Positions 1 through 8,450 of a stretch of DNA of 64,000 nucleotides are shown piece after piece. The stretch spans positions 928,402 to 992,401 of the forward strand of contig CAWDYU010000001.1 of the NCBI GenBank assembly GCA_963806875.1. The letters run 5' to 3'. The DNA is from an uncultured Gemmatimonadales bacterium (lineage in GTDB: Bacteria > Gemmatimonadota > Gemmatimonadetes > Gemmatimonadales > GWC2-71-9). The notes beneath the pieces were generated by a model. The model was not told where the DNA came from. It searched no databases and worked only from the letters and a program-made list of their open reading frames with translations. How positions within the stretch are numbered: the stretch's first letter is position 1; each line of letters opens with the position of its first letter. The position numbers and the translations under genes were made by a program.

Positions 1-333
1 TATGGTGACAATTACACCAAGCTGCGCCGCAATGTGGCGGAACTCCATCCCGCACTCGACGCGTGGATGCTCACCGAGGGATACGGACGCACGCTGTCGC
101 GGCCGGGCCTGGAACTCAAGCTCCGCGAGTTCTGCGTGATCGTGCAGACGGCGGTGCTCGACACCCCGCGCCAGCTGCATTCCCACCTGCGTGGCGCACT
201 CAATGCCGGCGCCACGTTCGACGAGGTCGAGGCGGTGCTCGGGATCGCCAATCCGCTCGTGGCACACGATCATTGGACGGCCGTGAAGGACCTCTGGGAA
301 CAGGTGCAGGATGCCTGGAACATCCTCTCGTGA
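1..333 (+). CDS. carboxymuconolactone decarboxylase/AhpD-like family protein (5' end outside window)
   Basis: Frame 1 is open from nt 1 (YGDNYTKLRRNVAELHP...) to TGA 331-333. The helical stretch 'LREFCVIVQTAVLDTPRQLHSHLRGALNAGATFDEVEAVL' resembles CMD-domain proteins. The family call is from memory, not a search. Confidence 0.5.
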   Translation, partial: YGDNYTKLRRNVAELHPALDAWMLTEGYGRTLSRPGLELKLREFCVIVQTAVLDTPRQLHSHLRGALNAGATFDEVEAVLGIANPLVAHDHWTAVKDLWEQVQDAWNILS

Positions 334-1397
334 GCTTCGTCGATCAGGTGACCGTCGAGATCAAGGCCGGACGGGGTGGAGACGGCGCGTCGTCATTCGC
401 GCGATTCAAGTTCAAGCCGAAGGGTGGTCCGGACGGTGGCGACGGCGGTCACGGCGGATCGGTGTACGTCCGCGCCGACCAGAATCTTTCGACGCTGCTC
501 GACTACCGGTACCGTGCTTCGTGGAAGGCGGCCGACGGGGTACACGGCAAGGGTCGGACGTGGACCGGTGCCAGCGCCGACGACATTCGCCTGCCCGTCC
601 CGCCCGGAACGGTGATTGCCGACGCAGACACCGGCGAGACATTGGGCGAGGTGCTCCATGCCGGTGACGAACTGCTGGTGGCCCGCGGCGGCGGCGGTGG
701 ACGCGGGAACGCCCGGTTCGCAACGGCGACGCATCAGGCCCCGCGCGAACACGAACCGGGTCGCGCTGGTGAGGAACGGCGACTGTCGCTGGTCCTCAAG
801 CTCATCGCCGACGTCGGCCTGGTGGGCGAACCCAACGCGGGAAAAAGCACCCTCCTTTCAGTGTTAAGCGCCGCGCGTCCGAAGATCGCCGACTATCCCT
901 TCACCACGCTGGAACCGAACCTCGGCGTGGTCGGGTTGTCAGGCTCGCGCTCATTCGTGATCGCCGACATACCCGGGATCATCGAGGGCGCCCACGCCGG
1001 CAAGGGCCTCGGTCTCAAGTTTCTCCAGCACGTCGAGCGTACCCGATTGCTCGCATTCATGGTCCCGGTCGATGCCGAGGACCCGCAGGCGGTGTTCGAA
1101 CAGCTCCGCCGGGAAATCCGGTTGTACTCACCGGTGCTGTCCGAAACGCCGCATGTGTTGATCCTGACCAAGCGGGACCTGTTGCCCGACGAGAGCCCGA
1201 CCCCGGTGGTGGACGCGCCCGACGCGCAACTCGTCACCACGATTTCAAGCGCGGCCGGCACGGGTCTCGACGCCCTGAAGGAATCTCTCTGGACCGCGGT
1301 GCAAGCGGTTCGTGACACCGAAGCAGGAACCGCCGAGCGCACCGATGCCGATCTCTTCGACGATCTCCCAAGCGATGGTGGCGAACTGCCCGGCTGA
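330..1397 (+). CDS. obg: GTPase Obg/CgtA
   Basis: GTG 330 overlaps the upstream TGA. Obg-fold N-terminus 'FVDQVTVEIKAGRGGDGASSFARFKFKPKGGPDGGDGGHGGSVYV'; G1 'GEPNAGKST', G3 'ADIPGIIEGA', G4 'TKRD'. Confidence 0.95.
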   Translation: MSFVDQVTVEIKAGRGGDGASSFARFKFKPKGGPDGGDGGHGGSVYVRADQNLSTLLDYRYRASWKAADGVHGKGRTWTGASADDIRLPVPPGTVIADADTGETLGEVLHAGDELLVARGGGGGRGNARFATATHQAPREHEPGRAGEERRLSLVLKLIADVGLVGEPNAGKSTLLSVLSAARPKIADYPFTTLEPNLGVVGLSGSRSFVIADIPGIIEGAHAGKGLGLKFLQHVERTRLLAFMVPVDAEDPQAVFEQLRREIRLYSPVLSETPHVLILTKRDLLPDESPTPVVDAPDAQLVTTISSAAGTGLDALKESLWTAVQAVRDTEAGTAERTDADLFDDLPSDGGELPG

Positions 1398-2472
1398 CCC
1401 CGACGAGCGCGAGGCCTGGCTCGCGCTGGCATCGGTGCCCGGGCTCGGACCCAGGCGTCTCGCGACCCTCCTCTCCGAATTTCACTCCGCATCAGCTGTC
1501 CTGCGTGCCACGCAGGACGCACTCCGCGAGGTACCGGGTGTTCCACCTGCGGTGGTGCGTGCCATCAGCCGTGCGGGGGCTTCCGACGGCGCCGCACTTC
1601 TCGATGCTGCGACGCAGGCGGGCCAGGAGATCCTCACCCCGGCCGACACCGCCTACCCGGCACTGCTCCGCGCGATTCCCGACCCACCACTCGCGCTGTT
1701 CGTGGTGGGCAATGTCGGGATCCTGAACCAGCCTGCCGTCGCCATCGTCGGCAGTCGTGATCACACCGGATATGGCGAACGCGTTGCCGCCACCATGGGC
1801 GGCGCCGCGGGTGGGGCCGGAGTGGTTGTGGTGAGCGGTCTGGCGCGAGGGCTCGACGCGGTGGCGCAGGCGGCGGCGCTCGACGCCGGTGGCACGACGG
1901 TCGGCGTGCTCGGACATGGCGCCGATATCGTGTACCCCCGCGAGAATGCCGCGCTTTACCGCCGGGTGATCGATGGCGGCCTCCTTCTCAGCGAGTTCCC
2001 GCCCGGTGCCCAGCCGACACCGGGATCGTTCCCCCGGCGCAACCGCCTGATCAGCGGCCTGGCACGGGTGCTGGTCGTCGTCGAAGCGGCCGATGGTTCG
2101 GGCACGATGATCACCGTTGCGATGGCGCTCGAGCAGGGGCGTGAGGTGTTTGCCGTTCCCGGTCCTATCACTGGCGAATCATCGCGTGGAACCAACCGGT
2201 TGATCCGCGACGGCGCCACACCGCTGCTCGGAGTGGAAGAGCTGCTCGCGGTATTCGGCGCGGCCCCGGCGTGCACGGAGACGGCGCCCGAGTGCAGCCT
2301 CACGGCCACCGAGGCGCGAGTGTTCGGCGCTCTGGGCACCGACGCGCGCCATCTCGACGACGTGGCATTGGCGTCGGGCCTGCCGATCGGCGAGCTCCTC
2401 GGAACGTTGCTCGGGCTCGAGCTCGGCGGGCTCGTCACGCAGCTTCCCGGCTCGCGCTATCAGCGTCGCTGA
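1375..2472 (+). CDS. dprA: DNA-processing protein DprA (Smf)
   Basis: DprA core 'AIVGSRDHTGYGERVA...VVSGLARGLDAVAQAAAL...VLGHGADIVYPREN...FPRRNRLISGLA...VVEAADGSGTMITV'. The ORF opens at 1312; I chose ATG 1375 to limit overlap with obg. Confidence 0.88.
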   Translation: MVANCPADPDEREAWLALASVPGLGPRRLATLLSEFHSASAVLRATQDALREVPGVPPAVVRAISRAGASDGAALLDAATQAGQEILTPADTAYPALLRAIPDPPLALFVVGNVGILNQPAVAIVGSRDHTGYGERVAATMGGAAGGAGVVVVSGLARGLDAVAQAAALDAGGTTVGVLGHGADIVYPRENAALYRRVIDGGLLLSEFPPGAQPTPGSFPRRNRLISGLARVLVVVEAADGSGTMITVAMALEQGREVFAVPGPITGESSRGTNRLIRDGATPLLGVEELLAVFGAAPACTETAPECSLTATEARVFGALGTDARHLDDVALASGLPIGELLGTLLGLELGGLVTQLPGSRYQRR

Positions 2473-2511
2473 TCGATCCGGTCGATGCCGGTCGCTTACG
2501 TTTGACGCGTC

Positions 2512-3610
2512 ATGCATCTCTATGTCCACGTCCCGTTCTGCGCACGGCGCTGCTCCTACTGTGATTTTTCGATCGCGGTGAGGCGCGTCGTACCCGACAC
2601 CCGTTATGTCGAATCCGTGGTGGCCGAGTGGCGCACCCGCACCGTCGCGTTGGCGCCGATGCGGCTGGACACGGTGTACTTCGGTGGCGGCACGCCGTCT
2701 CGGCTCGCTCCTTCGGCCCTCGCCGACCTGTTGGCAGCGATCACTCGCGACACCCCGCTCGCCGACGATGCAGAAGTCACGATCGAGGTCAATCCGGACG
2801 ATGTCACCGTGGATGCGGTGGCGACCTGGTCTGCTGCGGGGGTGAACCGCGCATCGCTCGGGGTGCAGAGTCACGATCCGGCGGTGCTCGCCTGGATGCA
2901 CCGGACTCATCGTGCGGATCAGGTCGGTCCGGCGATGCAGATGCTCCGTGACGGCGGAATCGACAACATCTCGGTCGACCTGATCTTCGCCCTGCCTCCC
3001 GAGATCGCGCGCAACTGGCAGGACGACGTCGCATCGCACTCTCGACCTCGCGCCAACCCACGTGTCGCTGTACGGACTCACGACGGAGCCGCACACGCCG
3101 CTGGCGCGGTGGCGCGAGCGCGGCACGATCTCGGCGCTGCCGGACGAGCTGTACGCCGCGCAGTACCTCGCGGTGCACAACGCGCTGCTTGGGGCGGGAT
3201 ACGAGCACTACGAAGTGTCGAACGCCGCATTGCCGGGTCGGCGTTCGCGCCACAACTCGGTGTACTGGAGTGGGTCCGACTATCTCGGCCTGGGGCCATC
3301 GGCCCATTCACTTTGCGGGGACACCCGTTCCTGGAATATCCGCGCGTGGGAGGCCTACGCCGTCGCCATCGAGGCCGGCCGGAGCGCCCAGGAGGGATTC
3401 GAGCAGCTGGGGCCTCGCGAACTCGCCCTCGAATCGGCGTACCTGGGGCTTCGCACCGACGCCGGTCTGGACCGTGCCCGGATCGGCGAATCGGCGCTCC
3501 ACCAGTGGGTTGAAGCGGGATGGGCGGAGGAGTCGGAGGGGCGGGTGCACCTCCGGGTGGAGGGGTGGCTTCGGCTCGACGCGCTGGTGGCTTCGTTGGG
3601 GGATTTCTAG
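2512..3610 (+). pseudogene. hemW: radical SAM heme chaperone HemW (HemN-like), one frame break as written
   Basis: Frame 1 carries 'MHLYVHVPFCARRCSYCDF' (CxxxCxxC). The C-terminal half '...LDLAPTHVSLYGLTTEPHTPLARW...YEHYEVSNAALPGRRSRHNSVYW...' continues in frame 2 from about 3035 to TAG 3608-3610. Confidence 0.85.
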
Positions 3611-3620
3611 GTTTCCCCGC

Positions 3621-4652
3621 ATGGCAGACGCTGAATCGCTCACCGACCGGGAACGCCGGGTCCTCGAGGCCGTGGTCGAGATTTATATCGCGACCGCGGA
3701 GCCGACCGGTAGCCAGACGGTTGCACGTCGCTCCGCACTCGGCATCTCGCCCGCGTCGATACGTTCGTCGATGAGCGACCTGGAGGCAAAAGGCTACCTC
3801 TATCACCCGCACACCAGCGCGGGACGAATCCCGACCGACCGGGCGTACCGGATCTATGTCGACGCGCTCATGCGGCGCCTGCCGCCTGACCTTCGCGCGC
3901 GGGAAACCCTGGAGGTCGAACTCGGCGCCGCGGCCGCGAGCGAGCAACTGGTCGGTCGAGCGGCGCAGGTGCTCGGGATCCTCACCCAGGAACTGGGGGT
4001 GGCGGTTGCACCCTCGCTCGATGAGATCGTGCTCGACCGGATCGACCTGGTCGCGGTGTCAACCGATCGACTGCTGCTCGTGCTCAACCTGCGCAGCGGG
4101 GCGGTGCGAACGATCTACGTGCGGGTGCCCGGCTCGATTCCGCGCGGACAGGCCGACGCGGTGCAGCGCATCCTCAACGAGCGGCTGGCGGGGCACACCC
4201 TGCGCGAGATCCGTGCGACCGTGGCCGAGCGGCTCCGCGACGTGGGTCGGCGTCCCGACGTGGCCGAGTTGCTCGATATCATCCTGGCGGAGGGCGACGG
4301 GCTCTTCGATCTGGAGGAAAGCGAGCCGGTGATGCTCGGCAGTGCATCGATGCTGGTCGACCAGCCGGAGTTCTCGTCGAGTGAGCGGATGCGGAACCTG
4401 CTCACGCTGACCGAGCGGCGGGACGTGCTTCGCGAGGCGCTGGCACAGCGACGCCACGACGGAATCACCATCACGATCGGCGACGAGCACGGTGAACCGG
4501 GCCTCTCCGGCTTCACGCTCGTCACCGCGACATACCGACGGGGGGGCGCAACCGGCGTCATCGGTGTGCTCGGACCCACCCGCATGCCCTATGAGAAGAT
4601 CATCGGACTGGTCGAACATACCGGTCGCCTGGTAGAGGATTTCCTGCAGTGA
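3621..4652 (+). CDS. hrcA: heat-inducible transcriptional repressor HrcA
   Basis: ATG 3621. '[26 protein letters not shown]...[40 protein letters not shown]' is the HrcA winged-helix N-terminus. About 343 aa, sitting directly upstream of dnaJ. Confidence 0.9.
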   Translation: MADAESLTDRERRVLEAVVEIYIATAEPTGSQTVARRSALGISPASIRSSMSDLEAKGYLYHPHTSAGRIPTDRAYRIYVDALMRRLPPDLRARETLEVELGAAAASEQLVGRAAQVLGILTQELGVAVAPSLDEIVLDRIDLVAVSTDRLLLVLNLRSGAVRTIYVRVPGSIPRGQADAVQRILNERLAGHTLREIRATVAERLRDVGRRPDVAELLDIILAEGDGLFDLEESEPVMLGSASMLVDQPEFSSSERMRNLLTLTERRDVLREALAQRRHDGITITIGDEHGEPGLSGFTLVTATYRRGGATGVIGVLGPTRMPYEKIIGLVEHTGRLVEDFLQ

Positions 4653-5773
4653 TCGATTACTACGAAGTGCTTGAAGTGAAACGCGATGCAAGTGGCGACG
4701 AGATCAAGAAGTCCTATCGACGGCTCGCCATGGACTACCACCCCGACCGCAACTCGTCACACGATGCGGAGGAGAAGTTCAAGGAATTGTCCGAGGCCTA
4801 TCAGGTGCTCTCGGATGCGAACAAGCGGGCGCACTACGACCGGTTCGGCACGGCACCGGCCGGCGCGCAGGGGTTCGGCGGGTTCGAGCACATCGACCTG
4901 AGCGAGGCGCTCAACATCTTCATGCGCGACTTCGGCGGATTCTCCGGCTTCGACGGCATTTTCGGCGGACGCGAACAGGTCGATCCGCGGCGCGGGCAGG
5001 ATATCAAGATGACCGTGCGCCTGACGCTCCAGGAAGTCGCACACGGCGCCAAGCGAAGCATCAAGCTGAAGACCCTCACCGCGTGCGACGCCTGCGCCGG
5101 CAGCGGCGCCGCGTCGGGCACGACGGCCACGCGCTGCGGCACCTGCTCGGGGAGCGGGGAGGTGCGTCGCGCGGCGCGTTCGATGTTCGGCCAGTTCGTG
5201 CAGGTCGGACCGTGTCCCACGTGTCACGGCGAGGGCACGACCGTCGGTTCACCGTGCGAGGTCTGTCGCGGTGACGGCCGCGTCAAGGGCGAACGTACCG
5301 TGCCGGTCGACATACCGGCAGGCGTGTCGAGCCAGAATTATCTCACGATTCGCGGACAGGGAGCGGCGGGTCCGCGTGGCGGCCCCAACGGCGACCTGAT
5401 CGTGATGCTCGACGTCAAGGACGACGACCGTTTCACCCGTGACGGCGAAGACCTCATCCACGACCTGCCGATCTCGTTCTCGCAGGCGGCCCTCGGCTGC
5501 ACGGCATCGATCCCGACGCCGTGGGGTGACGAACCGCTCGGCGTGCCCGCCGGCACGCAGAACGGAAGCGAGTTCAGGGTGCGAGGCAAGGGACTTCCGC
5601 GCCTGGGTGGGAAGGGGGTCGGCGACATGCACATCCGGGTGCACATCTGGACGCCGGACGACCTCAACGACGAGCAGCGACGCCTCTTTGCAGAACTCGC
5701 CATGCATGAAGGTGACGGACCGAGTCGCCGGGGCGGTTTCTGGACCAAGCTGAAGGAAGCGCTCCGAGCGTGA
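4649..5773 (+). CDS. dnaJ: molecular chaperone DnaJ
   Basis: J domain '[33 protein letters not shown]', a G/F-rich linker and four CxxCxGxG zinc motifs. GTG 4649 overlaps the hrcA TGA. Confidence 0.95.
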   Translation: MIDYYEVLEVKRDASGDEIKKSYRRLAMDYHPDRNSSHDAEEKFKELSEAYQVLSDANKRAHYDRFGTAPAGAQGFGGFEHIDLSEALNIFMRDFGGFSGFDGIFGGREQVDPRRGQDIKMTVRLTLQEVAHGAKRSIKLKTLTACDACAGSGAASGTTATRCGTCSGSGEVRRAARSMFGQFVQVGPCPTCHGEGTTVGSPCEVCRGDGRVKGERTVPVDIPAGVSSQNYLTIRGQGAAGPRGGPNGDLIVMLDVKDDDRFTRDGEDLIHDLPISFSQAALGCTASIPTPWGDEPLGVPAGTQNGSEFRVRGKGLPRLGGKGVGDMHIRVHIWTPDDLNDEQRRLFAELAMHEGDGPSRRGGFWTKLKEALRA

Positions 5774-6606
5774 CCGACGCGTGGTGGCGACTCGCCGTCA
5801 GCTGCACGCCCACCGACACCGAACTCGTGGCGGCCCGGCTGGTGCTTCTTTCCGGGCACGCGGTCGAGGAATCGGGGATCGGGAACGTGCTCGCCGTTGC
5901 CGAATCGGAAGCGGCCGCGCGCTCGATGCTCGACACCCTCGCCGCAGATCATCCCGGCATCAGCGGAACGATCTCGGCGCTCGCTCCCGTCGACTGGTCG
6001 GTGCGATGGCGTGACGGGATCGTCGCGCGACGCTTCGGGCGTTTGGTGCTTTCACCGTCATGGATCACGCCCGAACTCACCGTGGGCGATGTCAGCGTGG
6101 TACTCGACCCCGAGAACGCCTTCGGCAGTGGTGAGCACGGCTCCACGCGCGCCGCGCTTGCACTGCTGGAACGTCACCTGCGAAAGGGGGACACCGTGCT
6201 CGACCTTGGCAGTGGATCGGGTATCCTCGCGATTGCTGCCGTGCAGCTCGGCGCGGTGAGCGCGATCGGCATCGAGGTCGACCCGGAATCGAATCCGGTT
6301 GCCGATGCCAACGCTGCCCGCAACGGTGTCGCCGATCGTGTGGCGTTCCTGCTGGGCGACGCGGGCGAGCTTGCCGTGCTCGCCGGGCCAGCGCGGATTG
6401 TCTGCTCGAACATCCTCCGCACTGTCAACACCATCCTCCTCCCGCAGATCGCCAAGGCGCTGGAGCCGGATGGCGTCGCGATTTTCGCGGGCATGGAGGA
6501 CATCGAGGAAGCACTCTTCCGACCGGTGCTGCGGGACGCCGGGTTCGTGGTGATCGACGACCAGCACGACGCCGGATGGTGGGCCGTGGCGGCGGGGCGC
6601 ACGTGA
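5770..6606 (+). CDS. prmA: ribosomal protein L11 methyltransferase PrmA
   Basis: '[20 protein letters not shown]...[18 protein letters not shown]'. GTG 5770 overlaps the dnaJ TGA. Confidence 0.88.
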   Translation: MTDAWWRLAVSCTPTDTELVAARLVLLSGHAVEESGIGNVLAVAESEAAARSMLDTLAADHPGISGTISALAPVDWSVRWRDGIVARRFGRLVLSPSWITPELTVGDVSVVLDPENAFGSGEHGSTRAALALLERHLRKGDTVLDLGSGSGILAIAAVQLGAVSAIGIEVDPESNPVADANAARNGVADRVAFLLGDAGELAVLAGPARIVCSNILRTVNTILLPQIAKALEPDGVAIFAGMEDIEEALFRPVLRDAGFVVIDDQHDAGWWAVAAGRT

Positions 6607-7304
6607 TCACGGTGATGGTGGGACCCGGTGACCATGCGGTCGGTGGGTTCGTCGAGCTCGACGATGAGGAGTCACATCACCTCCAGGTACGCCGGGTGCG
6701 CGACGGTGAGCGCTGTATCGCGCTCGACGGCGCCGGTGCGGTGATCAGCGGACCCCTGCAGCGCGGGATGCGCCGCTGGCAGGTTGCGATCGACGAACTC
6801 ACCGTGCATCCGAAACCGGCGGGCACCGTGCTCGCGGTGGCAGCAGGCGACCGCGACCGATTCCTCGTGCTGGCCGAGAAGGCCGCTGAGTTGGGCGTGA
6901 CGCGAATCATTCCACTGGTCACGGCTCGTCAGCGCAGTGTCGAGACCCGCCTGCGCGACGTCGCGCTCGATCGCGTGCGGAAACGTGCTCGCGAAGCCTG
7001 CAAGCAGAGCGGCAACCCGTGGATTCCCGATGATCGACCCGATCACCGCACTCGAGGATCTACCGCGCGAATCCGGATGGTTTGTCGCGAGCGCAAGGCG
7101 GTGGACCGTGTCCAGCGATCGCCGCAAGACGCGGTTGCATCCTGGCTGATCGGGCCCGAAGGCGGATGGACCGAGCCGGAAGACGGGTTCATCATGGAGG
7201 CGCTCGGTGCAGTGCCTGTCGGTCTCGCGCCTTGGGTGCTGCGCTTCGAGACAGCAGCACTCGCCGCCGCAGTGATCACGATCGACCGACGTGCGCAAGC
7301 GTAA
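6603..7304 (+). CDS. rsmE: 16S rRNA (uracil1498-N3)-methyltransferase RsmE
   Basis: 'EESHHLQVRRVRDGE' N-terminal domain plus SPOUT motifs 'LIGPEGGWTEPE' and 'VLRFETAALAA'. GTG 6603 overlaps the prmA stop. Residues encoded at about 7037-7135 look off-family (see findings). Confidence 0.8.
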   Translation: MITVMVGPGDHAVGGFVELDDEESHHLQVRRVRDGERCIALDGAGAVISGPLQRGMRRWQVAIDELTVHPKPAGTVLAVAAGDRDRFLVLAEKAAELGVTRIIPLVTARQRSVETRLRDVALDRVRKRAREACKQSGNPWIPDDRPDHRTRGSTARIRMVCRERKAVDRVQRSPQDAVASWLIGPEGGWTEPEDGFIMEALGAVPVGLAPWVLRFETAALAAAVITIDRRAQA

Positions 7305-7321
7305 CGCACTCTCCGGTCACT

Positions 7322-7365
7322 CATCTCTGTCTCTAGTCTCTAGTCTCTAGTCTCTAGTCTCTCTC
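7322..7365. repeat. 7-bp tandem repeat (GTCTCTA), 4 perfect units plus degenerate flanking units
   Basis: Read directly: catctct-GTCTCTA x4 (7329-7356)-gtctctc. It fills the rsmE-HIT spacer and ends 11 nt before ATG 7376. Confidence 0.95.
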
Positions 7366-7375
7366 AAAGGCCAAC

Positions 7376-7720
7376 ATGCCCTGCATCTTCTGCCAGATCG
7401 CATCCGGTGAGGTTCCCGCCGAGATTCTCGGTCGCTCCGATCTCGCCGTGGCGTTTCGCGACCTTGCTCCCCAGGCGCCTGTCCACATCCTGGTCGTGCC
7501 GATCGACCACGTGGGGAGCGCTGCCGAGTTGAGTGGTGAGGCGGGCGAAGCGACGCTCGGGGCGGTGATGCGGCTCGGTGTCGAGGTCGCGGCCGAGCTG
7601 GGCCTCGCGGCGTCCGGATACCGCTTTGTCGTCAATACCGGCGCCGATGGCGGGCAAAGCGTCCCCCACCTCCACCTCCACGTCCTGGGGGGCCGCCAGA
7701 TGACCTGGCCGCCGGGCTGA
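7376..7720 (+). CDS. HIT (histidine triad) family protein
   Basis: 'CIFCQIASGEVPAEIL' N-terminus and the histidine triad 'HLHLHVLGG'. Confidence 0.9.
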   Translation: MPCIFCQIASGEVPAEILGRSDLAVAFRDLAPQAPVHILVVPIDHVGSAAELSGEAGEATLGAVMRLGVEVAAELGLAASGYRFVVNTGADGGQSVPHLHLHVLGGRQMTWPPG

Positions 7721-7825
7721 CGGGGCCTCCGCCAGCTTGCCGTATCTCCGCCCGGGGCCTAGCTTTGCAGGTCTATCCATTGACCGGTCCCTTCGCTGGG
7801 GCTTTGAGAGAGGTGATTTCAGGAC

Positions 7826-8017
7826 ATGTCAGAAGTCGTCATCCATGAGGATGAGAGTTTCGAACGGGCGCTCAAGCGTTTCAAGAAGAAGTGCGAGAAG
7901 GCCGGGATCCTCTCCGACCTCCGCAAGCATCGGCACTACGAGAAGCCGAGCGAGAAGCGGAAGCGCAAGTTGAACGCCGCGCAGCGCAAGACGCGCCGCG
8001 GTCGCTCGCATGCCTGA
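7826..8017 (+). CDS. rpsU: 30S ribosomal protein S21
   Basis: 63 aa. '[37 protein letters not shown]' is the S21 signature sequence. Confidence 0.95.
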   Translation: MSEVVIHEDESFERALKRFKKKCEKAGILSDLRKHRHYEKPSEKRKRKLNAAQRKTRRGRSHA

Positions 8018-8450
8018 GCTAGCTGATCGAATCCGCGCCGATCAGGTGATCTCGCGGAAGGAAGCGAACAAGGACCGGACCGTGTTGCTCGGGACGGTCC
8101 TTGCTGCGTTGAAGAATCGAGAGATCGAGCTCTCGCGGCTCCTCCTCGACGAGGACGTGGTCGAGATGCTCAGGCGCCAGATCAAGCAGCGGCTCGATTC
8201 GATCGAACAGTACACCAAGGGGAACCGCCCCGATCTCGCCGACTCGGAATCTGCCGAACTCGCGATGTTGCGCGAATACCTGCCGCCTGAAGTTGATCCG
8301 TCAGAGATTCGCGCGGCGGCCCGACTCGCCGTGGCGGAGGGACAGACCAGCCTGGGCGGTGTGATGGGGGTGCTGATGACGAAGTTCAAGGGAAGGGCCG
8401 ACGGCCGCGTGATCAACGAGATTGCCCGCGAGGCGCTGCAGCAGCAATGA
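8010..8450 (+). CDS. GatB/YqeY domain-containing protein
   Basis: '[16 protein letters not shown]...[25 protein letters not shown]'. It overlaps the rpsU stop by 8 nt; rpsU-yqeY is a classical pairing. Confidence 0.85.
   Translation: MPELADRIRADQVISRKEANKDRTVLLGTVLAALKNREIELSRLLLDEDVVEMLRRQIKQRLDSIEQYTKGNRPDLADSESAELAMLREYLPPEVDPSEIRAAARLAVAEGQTSLGGVMGVLMTKFKGRADGRVINEIAREALQQQ

Noticed and set aside
7322-7365. The two tandem-repeat arrays (also 20191-20254) as CRISPR arrays.
   Set aside because: The units are 7-8 bp and directly abutting with no spacers. No cas genes are present in the window.
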